From assembly GCA_964600315.1 (NCBI GenBank), contig CAZRKS010000001.1:7078-71077 (forward strand): a DNA stretch of 64,000 nt, written 5' to 3'. Position 1 is the first letter of the stretch, and every line of letters begins with the position of its first letter. This document shows, in pieces, positions 45,002 to 53,817 of this stretch. The notes beneath the pieces are model-generated. The model did no database searches and had not been told where the DNA came from. It saw nothing but the letters and a program-made list of their open reading frames with translations. Position numbers and translations under genes: made by a program. This stretch comes from an uncultured Steroidobacteraceae bacterium. Lineage in GTDB: Bacteria > Pseudomonadota > Gammaproteobacteria > Steroidobacterales > Steroidobacteraceae.

Positions 45002-46383
45002 GGTCGCAGAGGCTCCACGGGAGGCGCGCTCCAGCGTGCGGAGCGGATCTCCTCGCGCGGCAGGTACGTGCGCAGCGTCAGCACGAACGGCGTGGCCGGC
45101 GTCGGCAGCCAGTTGCTCTCGCGCGCCGGGCCGGGCGATTCGTGTTGCACGTCTATCGTGATCGCGCCATCGGCGTCGCGCTGCAGCGAAGGCAACATCG
45201 GCGAATTGATCACGTATCGCTCGAGCGGGTTGGCATAGAGCAGCCGCTCCTCGGTATAGACGGTGATCGACCAGAACGCGTCGACCGGCGGCAACTGGCC
45301 CGCGGCGAAGCGGATGCGGTAGCGCTTGCTGCCGTCGAACGGCTGCCCGTCGGCATCGGCCTGCCAGCCGACTCCCAGGAATTCTTCGGCCGAGTTGCCG
45401 AGGATCCCGAGCATCGCACCCGTGGCTCGCGTCAGGTAATCCTGCTTCAGGAATTCCCGGCTGCCGAACAACTCGGCCGACGAGCGCACGCGACGCGCCC
45501 GCGCCTGCATCTCCTGCAGGGCCGCGGCCATGCCCGCCTCCACCTCCCGTCGCAGCGCGTCACCGGGCGCGAACCGTCGGCCCGGCACGACGCCCAGCGA
45601 CTCGAAGTCCTCACGCATTCGCGCCTCGTCCGGCAGCACGGGCATGAACTGCAGCATCCAGTTGAGCACGTCGAAGAATGCCGGGTCCGTGGCGCGCTGG
45701 CGCAGGTTCAATGGCGGCGCGAGCGGCGGCAAGGGCAGCGCTGCGGGGGCGCTCCGCCCCAGGTATGCCGAGAGCGTTCGTACGCGCATGCGGTCCTGCA
45801 GCGCGTGCACGTTCGCGAGGTCGTGCGGCCCGAACGACTGCGTGCGGAACATGCCGAGCGTGAGCTGCGTCGTGGAGTGGAAGACCTGGCGGATACCCGG
45901 CGGTGTCGGTCCCAGCCAGCCCGGCGGCGCCACCAGGAAATCCCCGCCAGCCTGTCCGTTGGTACGCGGGGTGACGTAACCGAGGATCCACGAGTAGAGG
46001 TCGGACAACTGCAGGGACAGGTAGCGTTCCCGCTCGAACGGCGGCACGGTGACGACCACCGGTTCCGCGCGCAGGTCGAGCCAGGCATACGAGTACGGCG
46101 TATCGACATTCGGGGCGATGACCGCGCGGTCGTCCGGCGTCGCCACGGCACGGGCATGGCCGACACCGTTGAGCGGAGCCTTGAACTCGGGCGACGACCG
46201 ATCCAGCGCGTATCCGCACAGGATCGCGTAGAGATCCACGGTGGGATAGCCCCAGATGTACGCATCACGCGCCAGATCCCGAGCGGCAGCCTGCCCCCGC
46301 CCTATGGCGGGCCAGCCGAGGCCGAGCGCGCCCAGTGCGCGCAGGAACGCGCGGCGGTCAAGCGTGCTCGCTGCGCGAGTCAT
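44998..46383 (-). CDS. DUF1254/DUF1214 two-domain protein, Tat-like leader
   Basis: Trimmed to ATG 46383 (MTRAASTLDRRAFLRALGALGLG). PNVDTPYSYAWLDL and AFWSITVYT motifs. 461 aa. Confidence 0.75.
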   Translation of the reverse strand: MTRAASTLDRRAFLRALGALGLGWPAIGRGQAAARDLARDAYIWGYPTVDLYAILCGYALDRSSPEFKAPLNGVGHARAVATPDDRAVIAPNVDTPYSYAWLDLRAEPVVVTVPPFERERYLSLQLSDLYSWILGYVTPRTNGQAGGDFLVAPPGWLGPTPPGIRQVFHSTTQLTLGMFRTQSFGPHDLANVHALQDRMRVRTLSAYLGRSAPAALPLPPLAPPLNLRQRATDPAFFDVLNWMLQFMPVLPDEARMREDFESLGVVPGRRFAPGDALRREVEAGMAAALQEMQARARRVRSSAELFGSREFLKQDYLTRATGAMLGILGNSAEEFLGVGWQADADGQPFDGSKRYRIRFAAGQLPPVDAFWSITVYTEERLLYANPLERYVINSPMLPSLQRDADGAITIDVQHESPGPARESNWLPTPATPFVLTLRTYLPREEIRSARWSAPPVEPLRP

Positions 46384-46414
46384 GCGCCCCGGTGTGCGGG
46401 CACGCACGGAAGCG

Positions 46415-47176
46415 TCACGACAGGATGACGCGGTCGCCGGCGGTCCAGCCGCCGTCGACGAGAAGGCAGTGGCCCGTGACGAACGAAGCATCGTCGGAGA
46501 CGAGGAACAGCGCGGGCCCCGCGACCTCCTCGGGCCGGCCGAACCGGGCGAGCGCGTGCCAGTCCCGCATCTGCTGCTCGACCGGAGGGTACTGTGAGAT
46601 CGCCGCCGTCATCGGCGTCTTGATCACCCCCGGACACAGCGCGTTGACGCGGATGCCGAGCGCTCCGTATTCCATCGCCATGGACCGGACCAGCATCACG
46701 ACCCCGCCCTTCGACATGCTGTACGCGGCGCTGCCGGCCTGGGCGTGCAGCCCGAGCACGCTCGCGAGCAGCACGATGCTGCCGCTGCGCGCCGCGAGCA
46801 TCGGCCGGACCGCGTGCTTGGCCACGTACGCCGAGCCCTTCAGGTTCACGTCGAGGACGCGCTCGAGGCTCGCGGCCTCGAGCTCGTGTGTGGCGCCGTG
46901 GCCTTCGATGCCGGCCGCGTGCACGACCGCGTCGAGCCGGCCGTGCCGCTGCAGCACGGCCGCCACCATGGCTTCGACACTGCGCTCGTCGCTGACGTCG
47001 ACCGCGAGCGACAGCGCCCCGGGCGCCTGGAGCCACGCCGCGGCGCCGTCCATCGGCTGCTGGTCGGCCCCGGCGACCAGCGCGCCCTCCCGTGCGAAGC
47101 GCTCCGCGCAGGCCGCACCGATGCCCGAGGCGGCGCCGGTGACCAGGACGACCTTGCCATCGATTCTGTGGGCCAT
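46415..47176 (-). CDS. short-chain dehydrogenase/reductase
   Basis: 253 aa. KVVLVTGAASGIGAACA and YSMSK motifs. Confidence 0.85.
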   Translation of the reverse strand: MAHRIDGKVVLVTGAASGIGAACAERFAREGALVAGADQQPMDGAAAWLQAPGALSLAVDVSDERSVEAMVAAVLQRHGRLDAVVHAAGIEGHGATHELEAASLERVLDVNLKGSAYVAKHAVRPMLAARSGSIVLLASVLGLHAQAGSAAYSMSKGGVVMLVRSMAMEYGALGIRVNALCPGVIKTPMTAAISQYPPVEQQMRDWHALARFGRPEEVAGPALFLVSDDASFVTGHCLLVDGGWTAGDRVILS

Positions 47177-47279
47177 GGTCAGTTCATCCGTATCGTGATT
47201 GGCGATCGCGCTGCCGCTGATGCGGCCGGCCAGTTGTCGGCGGCTCGAGCTTCAGTCTCGCAGCGCGGGTCTGGCCACG

Positions 47280-47299
47280 CCTCGTCCGAACGGACAACC
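47280..47299. promoter_or_regulatory. operator-like site CCTCGTCC-GAAC-GGACAACC
   Basis: 12/16. Sits between the TetR stop (47322) and the SDR start (47176), directly abutting a hairpin. Confidence 0.45.
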
Positions 47300-47320
47300 G
47301 GGTGCCCGATTCGGGCACCC
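47300..47320 (-). terminator. GC-rich hairpin GGGTGCCCG-ATT-CGGGCACCC immediately after the TetR stop
   Basis: Perfect 9-bp stem with a 3-nt loop, 1 nt downstream of the stop codon at 47322-47324. No U-tract follows, so intrinsic-terminator function is uncertain. Confidence 0.35.
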
Positions 47321-47321
47321 G

Positions 47322-48050
47322 TCACTGCGCACCGCGGGCCTTGCGTCCGTTCGACAGCATCAGTTCGCCGCTCAGCATTCGCTCGAAGGCACGCAGCAGG
47401 GACGCAAAGTCCTTGCTGCCTGTCGGCGGACCGTCCACCGCAGCCAGCCCCGAGATGCAGGCAATCAGCATCTGTGCCGCCGCCTCGATGTCGACGCCGC
47501 GCCCGAGTTCCCCGCGCCGACGGGCCCGCCGCAGCAAGCCGCGAAAGAACTCCGGAAACGCGTTGGCATCCTCGGGGTCCAACCAGTCGAGATCGTCGTA
47601 GCGAGCGATCTCGCCGGCCGAAGCCCCCGCGAATGCCATCAGCCCGGGATAGCGCCGCGACAGCGCCAGCACCTTTTCGAGGCCCAGGCACAACTGCCCC
47701 ATGCTGGTGCCGTCCGGAAGTTCCTCGCACGCCGAACGGTAGGCATCGACGAGGATCGCATTCGCCGCCTGCAGGGCACTGCGGTACAGCGCCGCCTTCG
47801 AGTCGAAATAGTGATACAGGAGCGTCGCCGTGACGCCTGCATCGGCTGCGATGGTCTTGTTGCTCGCCTTGGCGTAGCCCTGGCTCGCAAAGCACCGGAT
47901 GGCCGCTTCGATGATCCGCTGCCGCGTGTCCGCCGCGACGCTGCCGCCCCGGGGGCGACCCGGTCGGCGCCGGGCAGGGGCGGTGGCGGCTGGCTTGCGG
48001 GGCATGGTTGCGCGCCAGTCTATGCGCAGCGTGCGCGGCTCGACAATCAT
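47322..48050 (-). CDS. TetR/AcrR-family transcriptional regulator
   Basis: HTH segment RQRIIEAAIRCFASQGYAKASNKTIAADAGVTATLLYHYF. ATG at 48050 or the in-frame ATG at 48005. Neither has a clear SD. Confidence 0.8.
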   Translation of the reverse strand: MIVEPRTLRIDWRATMPRKPAATAPARRRPGRPRGGSVAADTRQRIIEAAIRCFASQGYAKASNKTIAADAGVTATLLYHYFDSKAALYRSALQAANAILVDAYRSACEELPDGTSMGQLCLGLEKVLALSRRYPGLMAFAGASAGEIARYDDLDWLDPEDANAFPEFFRGLLRRARRRGELGRGVDIEAAAQMLIACISGLAAVDGPPTGSKDFASLLRAFERMLSGELMLSNGRKARGAQ

Positions 48051-48213
48051 CCGCGCTGGGCAAGGCGCGCACGGGCCGCAGCCGTTTCGGGTTGGCCACC
48101 GGCAACGGAGGCTTCATGTCGAAGCAATCGGTGGGCATCTACTCGAGCCTGCCCGGCGCGGGCTAGTGGCGGCGCTAGGCGACGTCAGCAACCACAAGGG
48201 GCGCAACACGTTC

Positions 48214-48233
48214 GTGCCGAGGCCATTCGGCAC
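48214..48233 (-). terminator. hairpin GTGCCGA-GGCCAT-TCGGCAC downstream of Mo operon 1
   Basis: 7-bp stem about 80 nt after the delta 1 stop. A second short stem, CGGTG-TCTTCGG-CACCG, lies nearby. No U-tract. Confidence 0.25.
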
Positions 48234-48315
48234 CTGATCCCGCCGGTGTCTTCGGCACCGCCGTTCACCGGAGCGAAGATCGCGGCGCTGCGACGCCCCG
48301 GCTCGTCGACCCGAC

Positions 48316-48951
48316 CTACGGCAGGGTCGCGAGGCGCGCAATCAGGCGCGCGAGGGTGAGGTAGTACCGGTGCGCGTCGTGGCGCTCCAGCCGCGCCGCC
48401 AGATCCGTCGCCCAGCGCGCCGGATGGCGGCGCTGGAAATCGGTACGCGCGCGCCGGTAGTCGTCGGCGCCTGTGCCCGCGACCAGGCACTCGGCCTCGC
48501 GCTGGCTCAAGAAATGCAGGAAATCCATCTGCGCGAACGCATGATCGGGCAGCTCGTTCCCCGGCGCACCGGCGGCGGTGAGCCCGAAGTGGTTATAGAA
48601 CCGCACCAGTTCCTCCAGCAGCTTCATGCGTCCGTCCTGCCCGAGCAGCGCACCGCTGTTCAGCGGGCACGCCGGGCCGCCCGGCCCGATCGGGTCGAAC
48701 AGCCGTGAGTATTCGGTCGCGAGCGCTTCGCCCGCGGGAACGTCCGCGAGCGCCGACCAGTCGATCGCACCTTCCAGCGACGGGTCGAGCGCGCCGAGCA
48801 GCTCCCTCGCCCGCTGCATCACCGCACCATCCTGGATCAGTGCCACCAGCGCTGCGTCGGGGTATTCGAGCGCGGCGGCCAGCAACCCCCACGCCTCGCT
48901 GCGCAGCCGCGCCCTCTCGGCCAGGCGCCCGCGGTCGAGCGCAATCGTCAT
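48316..48951 (-). CDS. NarJ/TorD/EbdD-type molybdoenzyme assembly chaperone (delta 1)
   Basis: Trimmed to ATG 48951, overlapping the alpha stop (ATGA). 211 aa. EYSRLFDP motif and acidic helical character typical of redox-enzyme maturation proteins. Confidence 0.7.
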   Translation of the reverse strand: MTIALDRGRLAERARLRSEAWGLLAAALEYPDAALVALIQDGAVMQRARELLGALDPSLEGAIDWSALADVPAGEALATEYSRLFDPIGPGGPACPLNSGALLGQDGRMKLLEELVRFYNHFGLTAAGAPGNELPDHAFAQMDFLHFLSQREAECLVAGTGADDYRRARTDFQRRHPARWATDLAARLERHDAHRYYLTLARLIARLATLP

Positions 48952-51836
48952 GCCCGGGTCACCTCGACCGCCGCGCCGCGCGGGACGTGGCTGGGTGCGC
49001 CGTAGAACATCCGGTAGTGCAACTGGCTGTAGCCACCCGCAAGGTGCAGCGCCTTCCACGGCGCCTCGATCGGTTCGGTGGGCCCCTTCCACTGCTTGAA
49101 CTGGTAAGGCTCCCACGCGTGATAGACGATCACCTCGCCCGGGGCCGTCGCCGCCGCGACCTTCACCATGCACTCGAACTCGCCGCGGTCATTGTGCACG
49201 CGCACGCGGTCGCCGTCGGCGATGCCGCGCGGCTCGCAGTCGCGAGGATTCATGAAGCAGACCGGCTGCCCGCGCTCGAGTTGCAGCATGAGCTTCATGT
49301 CGCGCCAGATGGCGTGGACGCTCCAGCGGTTGTGCCCGCCATAGACCCGCAGCGGAAACCTGCTGCTCGCGAGCGGCGGATCCTTGTGCACCGGCAGCAC
49401 CTCGCCGCCCTCGAGGTACCACGGATGGTCGAGGTAGAACTGCTGGCGGCCGGTCAGCGTGGGCCACGCGACCTTCTTCTCGACGAAATCACGGTGCGGC
49501 CAGTGCGTGTCGTTCCGGTCGTAGTCGCTGTAGTTCTGGTAAATCAGTGTCGGGCGCGCGGTATCGATCACCGGGACCGCGCCCATGTCGAGCGCTTCGC
49601 GCGCGCTGTTCGCGGCCACGCTGGGGCTCCCGGCGAAGATCGCGTCCATCAGCCGCAGCGGATCCTCCGGATCGGTCGGGTCGTACTTGCCGTCCTGCGT
49701 GTGGCGGTCGTACACGGTCCGCAGGTCGAGCGGCTCGTCGCGGAAGCCGCGTACCGTCGAGACGCCGCGCTGCCGTGCTCGTTCGGCGATGTACTTGCTC
49801 AGCAGGCCGAACGTCTCCCAGTCGGACTTGGCCTCGCCGGGCGGCTCGGTCGCCTTGTCCGAGCAGATGATGTACGGCACGTAGGTCTGTCCGTACTTGA
49901 TGCCGTACTTCTCGTAGTAACCCGCCACCGGCAGGACGTAGTCGGCGTACATGCCCGAAGTCGACATGCGGAAGTTGACCGACACGACGAGGTCGAGCTT
50001 CGGCCACAGCTTCTCGCGCGCGATCTGCGCCGCCGGCCAGCGCCGCAACGGGTTGCAGCCGGTGAAGATGTAGACCTTCGGCGAACGGTCCTCCGGCGGG
50101 TGGACCTTCATCCAGCCGCGGTCGAGGGATTCGCGCACGTACTCGCGGAGGTGGCGCGGCAGCGCCGGGTCCTGCAGGTGAGCCTCGTCCCACATCTCGC
50201 GGTAGCCACCGTGGACGTACAGGAACACCATCAGCGGCACGATCGGCTCCCGCTCGCTCATGCCGACGAAGACGCTCTCGTAGTCGCGCGGCGTCAGTCC
50301 GCGGATCGCCTTCGGAATGAGCCGCAGCTTCTCCATCGTGGTCAGCGCCGACTGCGAGGCGATCGCATCGAGGCCGTCCATGCCCCACCACGCCGCGATG
50401 CGCACGCCGCCGCCCTGCCGCCCCTGGTTGCCGGTCAGCGCCATCAGCAACATCATCGAGCGCTGGAACAGATCGCTGTGGTAGTGCTTGCAGGCACCCC
50501 AGGACGCGAAGATCATCGAGCGCCGCGCGCCGGCCATCCCACGCGCAAAGGTCCGGATGGTGTCCGGATGCAGGCCGGTGAGCACCGCGGCCTGCTCGGG
50601 GCGATAGTGCGCGTCGAGCTGCGCGCGCAGCCTGTCGAACACCGTCTCGACCCAGACTTTGGAGCCGTCGGCGAGCTTCACCTCGAAGCGTCCGGACAGC
50701 GCCGGACGGATGCTGCCGAGCGCGAGGCTGCGCCCGCCCTCGCCATCGCCCTCGCAGCCGGGTGCCTGCACGAGCCGATTCGTCGCCTGGTCCCACAGGT
50801 ACAGCGCGTTGTCCGCACCGCCGCGCCGGAGGTCGGATTCACGCAGGAAACGCTGATTGTCGGCGCGCACCAGGAACGGCAGGTCGGTCTGTTCGAGCAC
50901 GTAGTCCGGCTTGAACAGCTGCTCCTCGATCATGACCTGCGCGCACGCGAGCCCCAGCGCGGCGTCGGTCTCCGGCCTCACGTTGAGCCACAGGTCGGCG
51001 TGGATCGCGCTCGGACTGTAGTCCGGCGCGATCACCACCAGCCGCGCGCCACGGTAGCGTGCCTCGTGCATGAAGTGCATGTCGGGGATGCGCGTGTACG
51101 CGGGGTTCCCCAGCCAGACCACGATGTAGTCGGACAGGAACCAGTCGTCGGCGGTGCCCTCGCTGTTGAACAGCCCCCAGGTCTGCACCGCGCCCATCGG
51201 CATGTCGCTCACGCCGGCCCACGAGTCGATGCGCGTCGCCTGCAGCGACTGCGCGAAACGCATGTCGCCCGCCGAATCCGGCCCGTAGCCGGCATTGGTC
51301 GTGCCGTCGTCGAAGATCACCGACTCGGTGCCGTGCTCGAGCGCGGCGTCGATCACGCGATCGGCGATGTCGGTCAGGGCCTCGTCCCACGAGACGCGCT
51401 TCCACTTGCCCTCGCCGCGCTCGCCCACCCGCTTCAGCGGATGCGTGACGCGCGATTCGGCGAGCTGCAGGTGCGTGTAACAGGCACCCTTCTGACAGCC
51501 ACGCGGGTTGAAGTCTGGTACGTCGGGACGGTGCGGCGCGTAGACCGCGGCCTGCTCCTCGCGCCACGCGATCCCGTCCTTCACGTAGACGTCCCACGAG
51601 CACGCGGAGATGCAGTTGGCGCGAGTGTGCGTGCCCTTGGCCACCCGGTCCCAGGTCCATTTCTCGCGCCAGATGTCGGAGAAGTCGTCGTAGCGCACGC
51701 GCTCGGTGGCCACCGGCGGCACCGGCTGGTAGGCGGGCTTCTGCGCCGGCCGCGGGCGCAGGTTGTGGAGAATCAGGCCACCCGCAGCGGCCACCGCGGC
51801 CGAACCGAGGATGAAGCGACGACGTGAGATGGACAT
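48948..51836 (-). CDS. molybdopterin oxidoreductase catalytic subunit, type II DMSO-reductase family (EbdA / steroid C25 dehydrogenase alpha-like), copy 1
   Basis: 962 aa, AAGGAGAA SD. Twin-arginine leader MSISRRRFILGSAAVAAAG. N-terminal His/Cys cluster HTRANCISACSW...NPRGCQKGAC. Candidate Mo-ligand Asp in WAGVSDMPMG. Confidence 0.9.
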   Translation of the reverse strand: MSISRRRFILGSAAVAAAGGLILHNLRPRPAQKPAYQPVPPVATERVRYDDFSDIWREKWTWDRVAKGTHTRANCISACSWDVYVKDGIAWREEQAAVYAPHRPDVPDFNPRGCQKGACYTHLQLAESRVTHPLKRVGERGEGKWKRVSWDEALTDIADRVIDAALEHGTESVIFDDGTTNAGYGPDSAGDMRFAQSLQATRIDSWAGVSDMPMGAVQTWGLFNSEGTADDWFLSDYIVVWLGNPAYTRIPDMHFMHEARYRGARLVVIAPDYSPSAIHADLWLNVRPETDAALGLACAQVMIEEQLFKPDYVLEQTDLPFLVRADNQRFLRESDLRRGGADNALYLWDQATNRLVQAPGCEGDGEGGRSLALGSIRPALSGRFEVKLADGSKVWVETVFDRLRAQLDAHYRPEQAAVLTGLHPDTIRTFARGMAGARRSMIFASWGACKHYHSDLFQRSMMLLMALTGNQGRQGGGVRIAAWWGMDGLDAIASQSALTTMEKLRLIPKAIRGLTPRDYESVFVGMSEREPIVPLMVFLYVHGGYREMWDEAHLQDPALPRHLREYVRESLDRGWMKVHPPEDRSPKVYIFTGCNPLRRWPAAQIAREKLWPKLDLVVSVNFRMSTSGMYADYVLPVAGYYEKYGIKYGQTYVPYIICSDKATEPPGEAKSDWETFGLLSKYIAERARQRGVSTVRGFRDEPLDLRTVYDRHTQDGKYDPTDPEDPLRLMDAIFAGSPSVAANSAREALDMGAVPVIDTARPTLIYQNYSDYDRNDTHWPHRDFVEKKVAWPTLTGRQQFYLDHPWYLEGGEVLPVHKDPPLASSRFPLRVYGGHNRWSVHAIWRDMKLMLQLERGQPVCFMNPRDCEPRGIADGDRVRVHNDRGEFECMVKVAAATAPGEVIVYHAWEPYQFKQWKGPTEPIEAPWKALHLAGGYSQLHYRMFYGAPSHVPRGAAVEVTRA

Positions 51837-51890
51837 GGCGCAATTCTCCTTCCGGCCGACCGATCCGTGCCCCGCCCCGACGCGCTCCGC

Positions 51891-52913
51891 TCAGACCCAC
51901 TTGATCGTCTGGGGATCGCGGTCAAAGCCGCCGAACATGTCCTGCCAGCGGTAGGCGATCAGCAGGTCCATGAGTTCGGAGCGCTCGCCGCGCGCGGTCT
52001 TCGCGCGCTCCTCGGCCAGGATGCGCAACGCGTCGAGCACCCGCTCGCCGAACAGCGACACGAGGTACTCGTTCGGGATGCGCGGGCTCGCGGTGTCGAC
52101 GCGTCCCTCGGCGTCGAAACGCGCGGGAGCGCTCGGCGGCACGTAGAACACGTTCGGCTCGGTGCCGAATTCCGGATGCAGCGGCAAGGCAACCTGCCAC
52201 TTGTCGACCAGCTTCCAGATCGGCGCATCCTGGTCGTCCCGGTACCCGACGAAGCGCACGCGCCCCGGGCACTGGCGGGCGCACGCCGGCGCCACGCCCT
52301 GCTCGAGACGGGGAAAGCAGAAGATGCACTTCTGTGACACGCGCGTGGCGTGATTGAAGTAGATCTTCTTGTACGGGCAGGCTTCCATGCAGTGGCGGTA
52401 GCCGCGGCAACGGTCCTCGTTGACCACCACGATGCCGTCCTGCGCGCGCTTCTCGATCGCCCCGCGCGGACAGGCCTCCCTGCACGCCGGATGTGTGCAG
52501 TGGTTGCAGAGGCGCGGCAGGTAGAAGAAGAAACTGTTGGGGAATTCACCGCCACCCTGGTCCTCGTCCCAGTTCGGTCCCCACTGCGGCGCGGCGCCCT
52601 TCACCGACAGGTGCACGTCCTGCCCTTTGCCGCCGTAGAACACTTCCTCGTGGTTGTACTGCCACGCATCGCCGAATTCGCCCAGCGACGGCAGCGTGCC
52701 GAGTTGCGCCTCGCCGCCCGGGAAGCCGCCGCCCATCTTCTCCCACTGCCGCGGTGTGCCCTCGCCGGGCATCGTGTTCACGGTGTTGAAGAACATGTGC
52801 TCCATGCCCTGGCTCGACGTCCACAGCGTCTTGCAGGCGACGCTGCAGGTCTGGCAGCCGATGCACTTGTTGAGATCCAGGACCATCGCCATCTGGCGCT
52901 TGATTTCCGCCAT
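51891..52913 (-). CDS. four-cluster Fe-S electron-transfer subunit (NarH/EbdB-like beta), copy 1
   Basis: 340 aa. Cys clusters CIGCQTCSVACK, CNHCTHPACREACP, CRGYRHCMEACP and CIFCFPRLEQGVAPACARQCP. Confidence 0.9.
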   Translation of the reverse strand: MAEIKRQMAMVLDLNKCIGCQTCSVACKTLWTSSQGMEHMFFNTVNTMPGEGTPRQWEKMGGGFPGGEAQLGTLPSLGEFGDAWQYNHEEVFYGGKGQDVHLSVKGAAPQWGPNWDEDQGGGEFPNSFFFYLPRLCNHCTHPACREACPRGAIEKRAQDGIVVVNEDRCRGYRHCMEACPYKKIYFNHATRVSQKCIFCFPRLEQGVAPACARQCPGRVRFVGYRDDQDAPIWKLVDKWQVALPLHPEFGTEPNVFYVPPSAPARFDAEGRVDTASPRIPNEYLVSLFGERVLDALRILAEERAKTARGERSELMDLLIAYRWQDMFGGFDRDPQTIKWV

Positions 52914-52955
52914 CGCCTCGCTCCCCTGGGTGCCCCGGCCAGATCGCCGACGTGA

Positions 52956-53600
52956 CTACGCGAGCACCAGTTCCCGCCAATCGCCCGAGTACGCCTTCAG
53001 TCCACCGCGTTCCCGGTGCGACCCTTCCCACACCGCGACGCCGAAACGCGTCGTCTGTCCGGCCGCGAGCGCGAGGCTGTCGGCGTTGCCTTCGCCCGCA
53101 AGCGTGCGCGCCATCACCAGTTGCCAGGCCTCACCGCGCCATGCCGCCCGCGCCTGCACGCCACGGCCGGTGATGCGCGTCGTCCCCGGCCCCTCGGCAC
53201 GAACCTCGAAGCCCTGCGGGCCGCTGTCGGCACGCCACAACCACGCCGTGAGCGGCATGCCCGGTGCGCCCATCGTGATCAGGGGCGCAGACGCGTGCAG
53301 CGGCAGTGCGATCGCGGCGGCGTCCGGGAACACCGTGTTGTCACCGTGGTCGTAGTTCGGTGCGGGATCGGCCCAGCGCAGATGGAAGAGCAGTGAATCA
53401 CCCGCGACGAGGGCCCGCACCTCGACCGCGCGGACTGCGCCGATGACACGATCGTACCAACCGTTGCGCACCGCGGCGGTGGGCTGCAATCCGACCGGAG
53501 TGCCCTGCAACGCGACCGCGGTCGCCGCCACCTCGCCCCACGCGGGTGCGGCGGGATCGAGCAGGCTCGCCAGGGAGTGAACGGTGGAACTCGCTTTCAT
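52956..53600 (-). CDS. heme b-binding gamma subunit (EbdC / EB_dh-domain-like), copy 1
   Basis: 214 aa. LITMGAPGMP and C-terminal ERGGLKAYSGDW resemble the Met and Lys heme-ligand contexts I recall for ethylbenzene dehydrogenase gamma. The N-terminus also resembles EbdC. Confidence 0.75.
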   Translation of the reverse strand: MKASSTVHSLASLLDPAAPAWGEVAATAVALQGTPVGLQPTAAVRNGWYDRVIGAVRAVEVRALVAGDSLLFHLRWADPAPNYDHGDNTVFPDAAAIALPLHASAPLITMGAPGMPLTAWLWRADSGPQGFEVRAEGPGTTRITGRGVQARAAWRGEAWQLVMARTLAGEGNADSLALAAGQTTRFGVAVWEGSHRERGGLKAYSGDWRELVLA

Positions 53601-53817
53601 CGCCCTGCTCCGGAAACGGCAGCCGCCATCGGCACGTGTCGGGATTCACCTGACCAACGATTCTAGGGAGCGTGCAACGGCACGGAGGGCCGGCATCCCC
53701 AGATTGGGCGATCTGGCGCCCGCTCTGGCCGGGACCCGTCGCGTCGACAGTTCGCCGCACCCTTCGCTATCATCGCGCGGGGCCCGAGCCCGCCAGCCGA
53801 CTCGCCGGGGCCGCGAC

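Noticed and set aside
48116-48166. 16-codon micro-ORF (MSKQSVGIYSSLPGAG) with GGAGG 4 nt upstream, in the 265-nt gap between the TetR and Mo operon 1
   Set aside because: No downstream plus-strand gene that it could regulate, a short SD spacing, and no conservation evidence available. Most likely fortuitous.
48705-51827. 1040-aa plus-strand ORF, with similar giants at 58685-61066, 5431-7980, 26985-29195, 37794-39827, 42462-44894 and 2740-4989
   Set aside because: All are antisense or out of frame to genes with clear family motifs. Their low-complexity Arg/Ala/Pro/Gly composition with no motifs points to an absence of stop codons caused by GC bias.
52956-53600. Gamma subunits of both Mo enzymes lack a signal peptide although the alpha subunits have Tat leaders
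   Set aside because: I first thought this indicated a wrong start or an odd topology. The N-terminus (MKASS...LLDPAAPAWGEV) resembles what I recall for EbdC itself, which also lacks a leader and is thought to be co-exported with the Tat-targeted alpha subunit. It is therefore probably normal for this clade.
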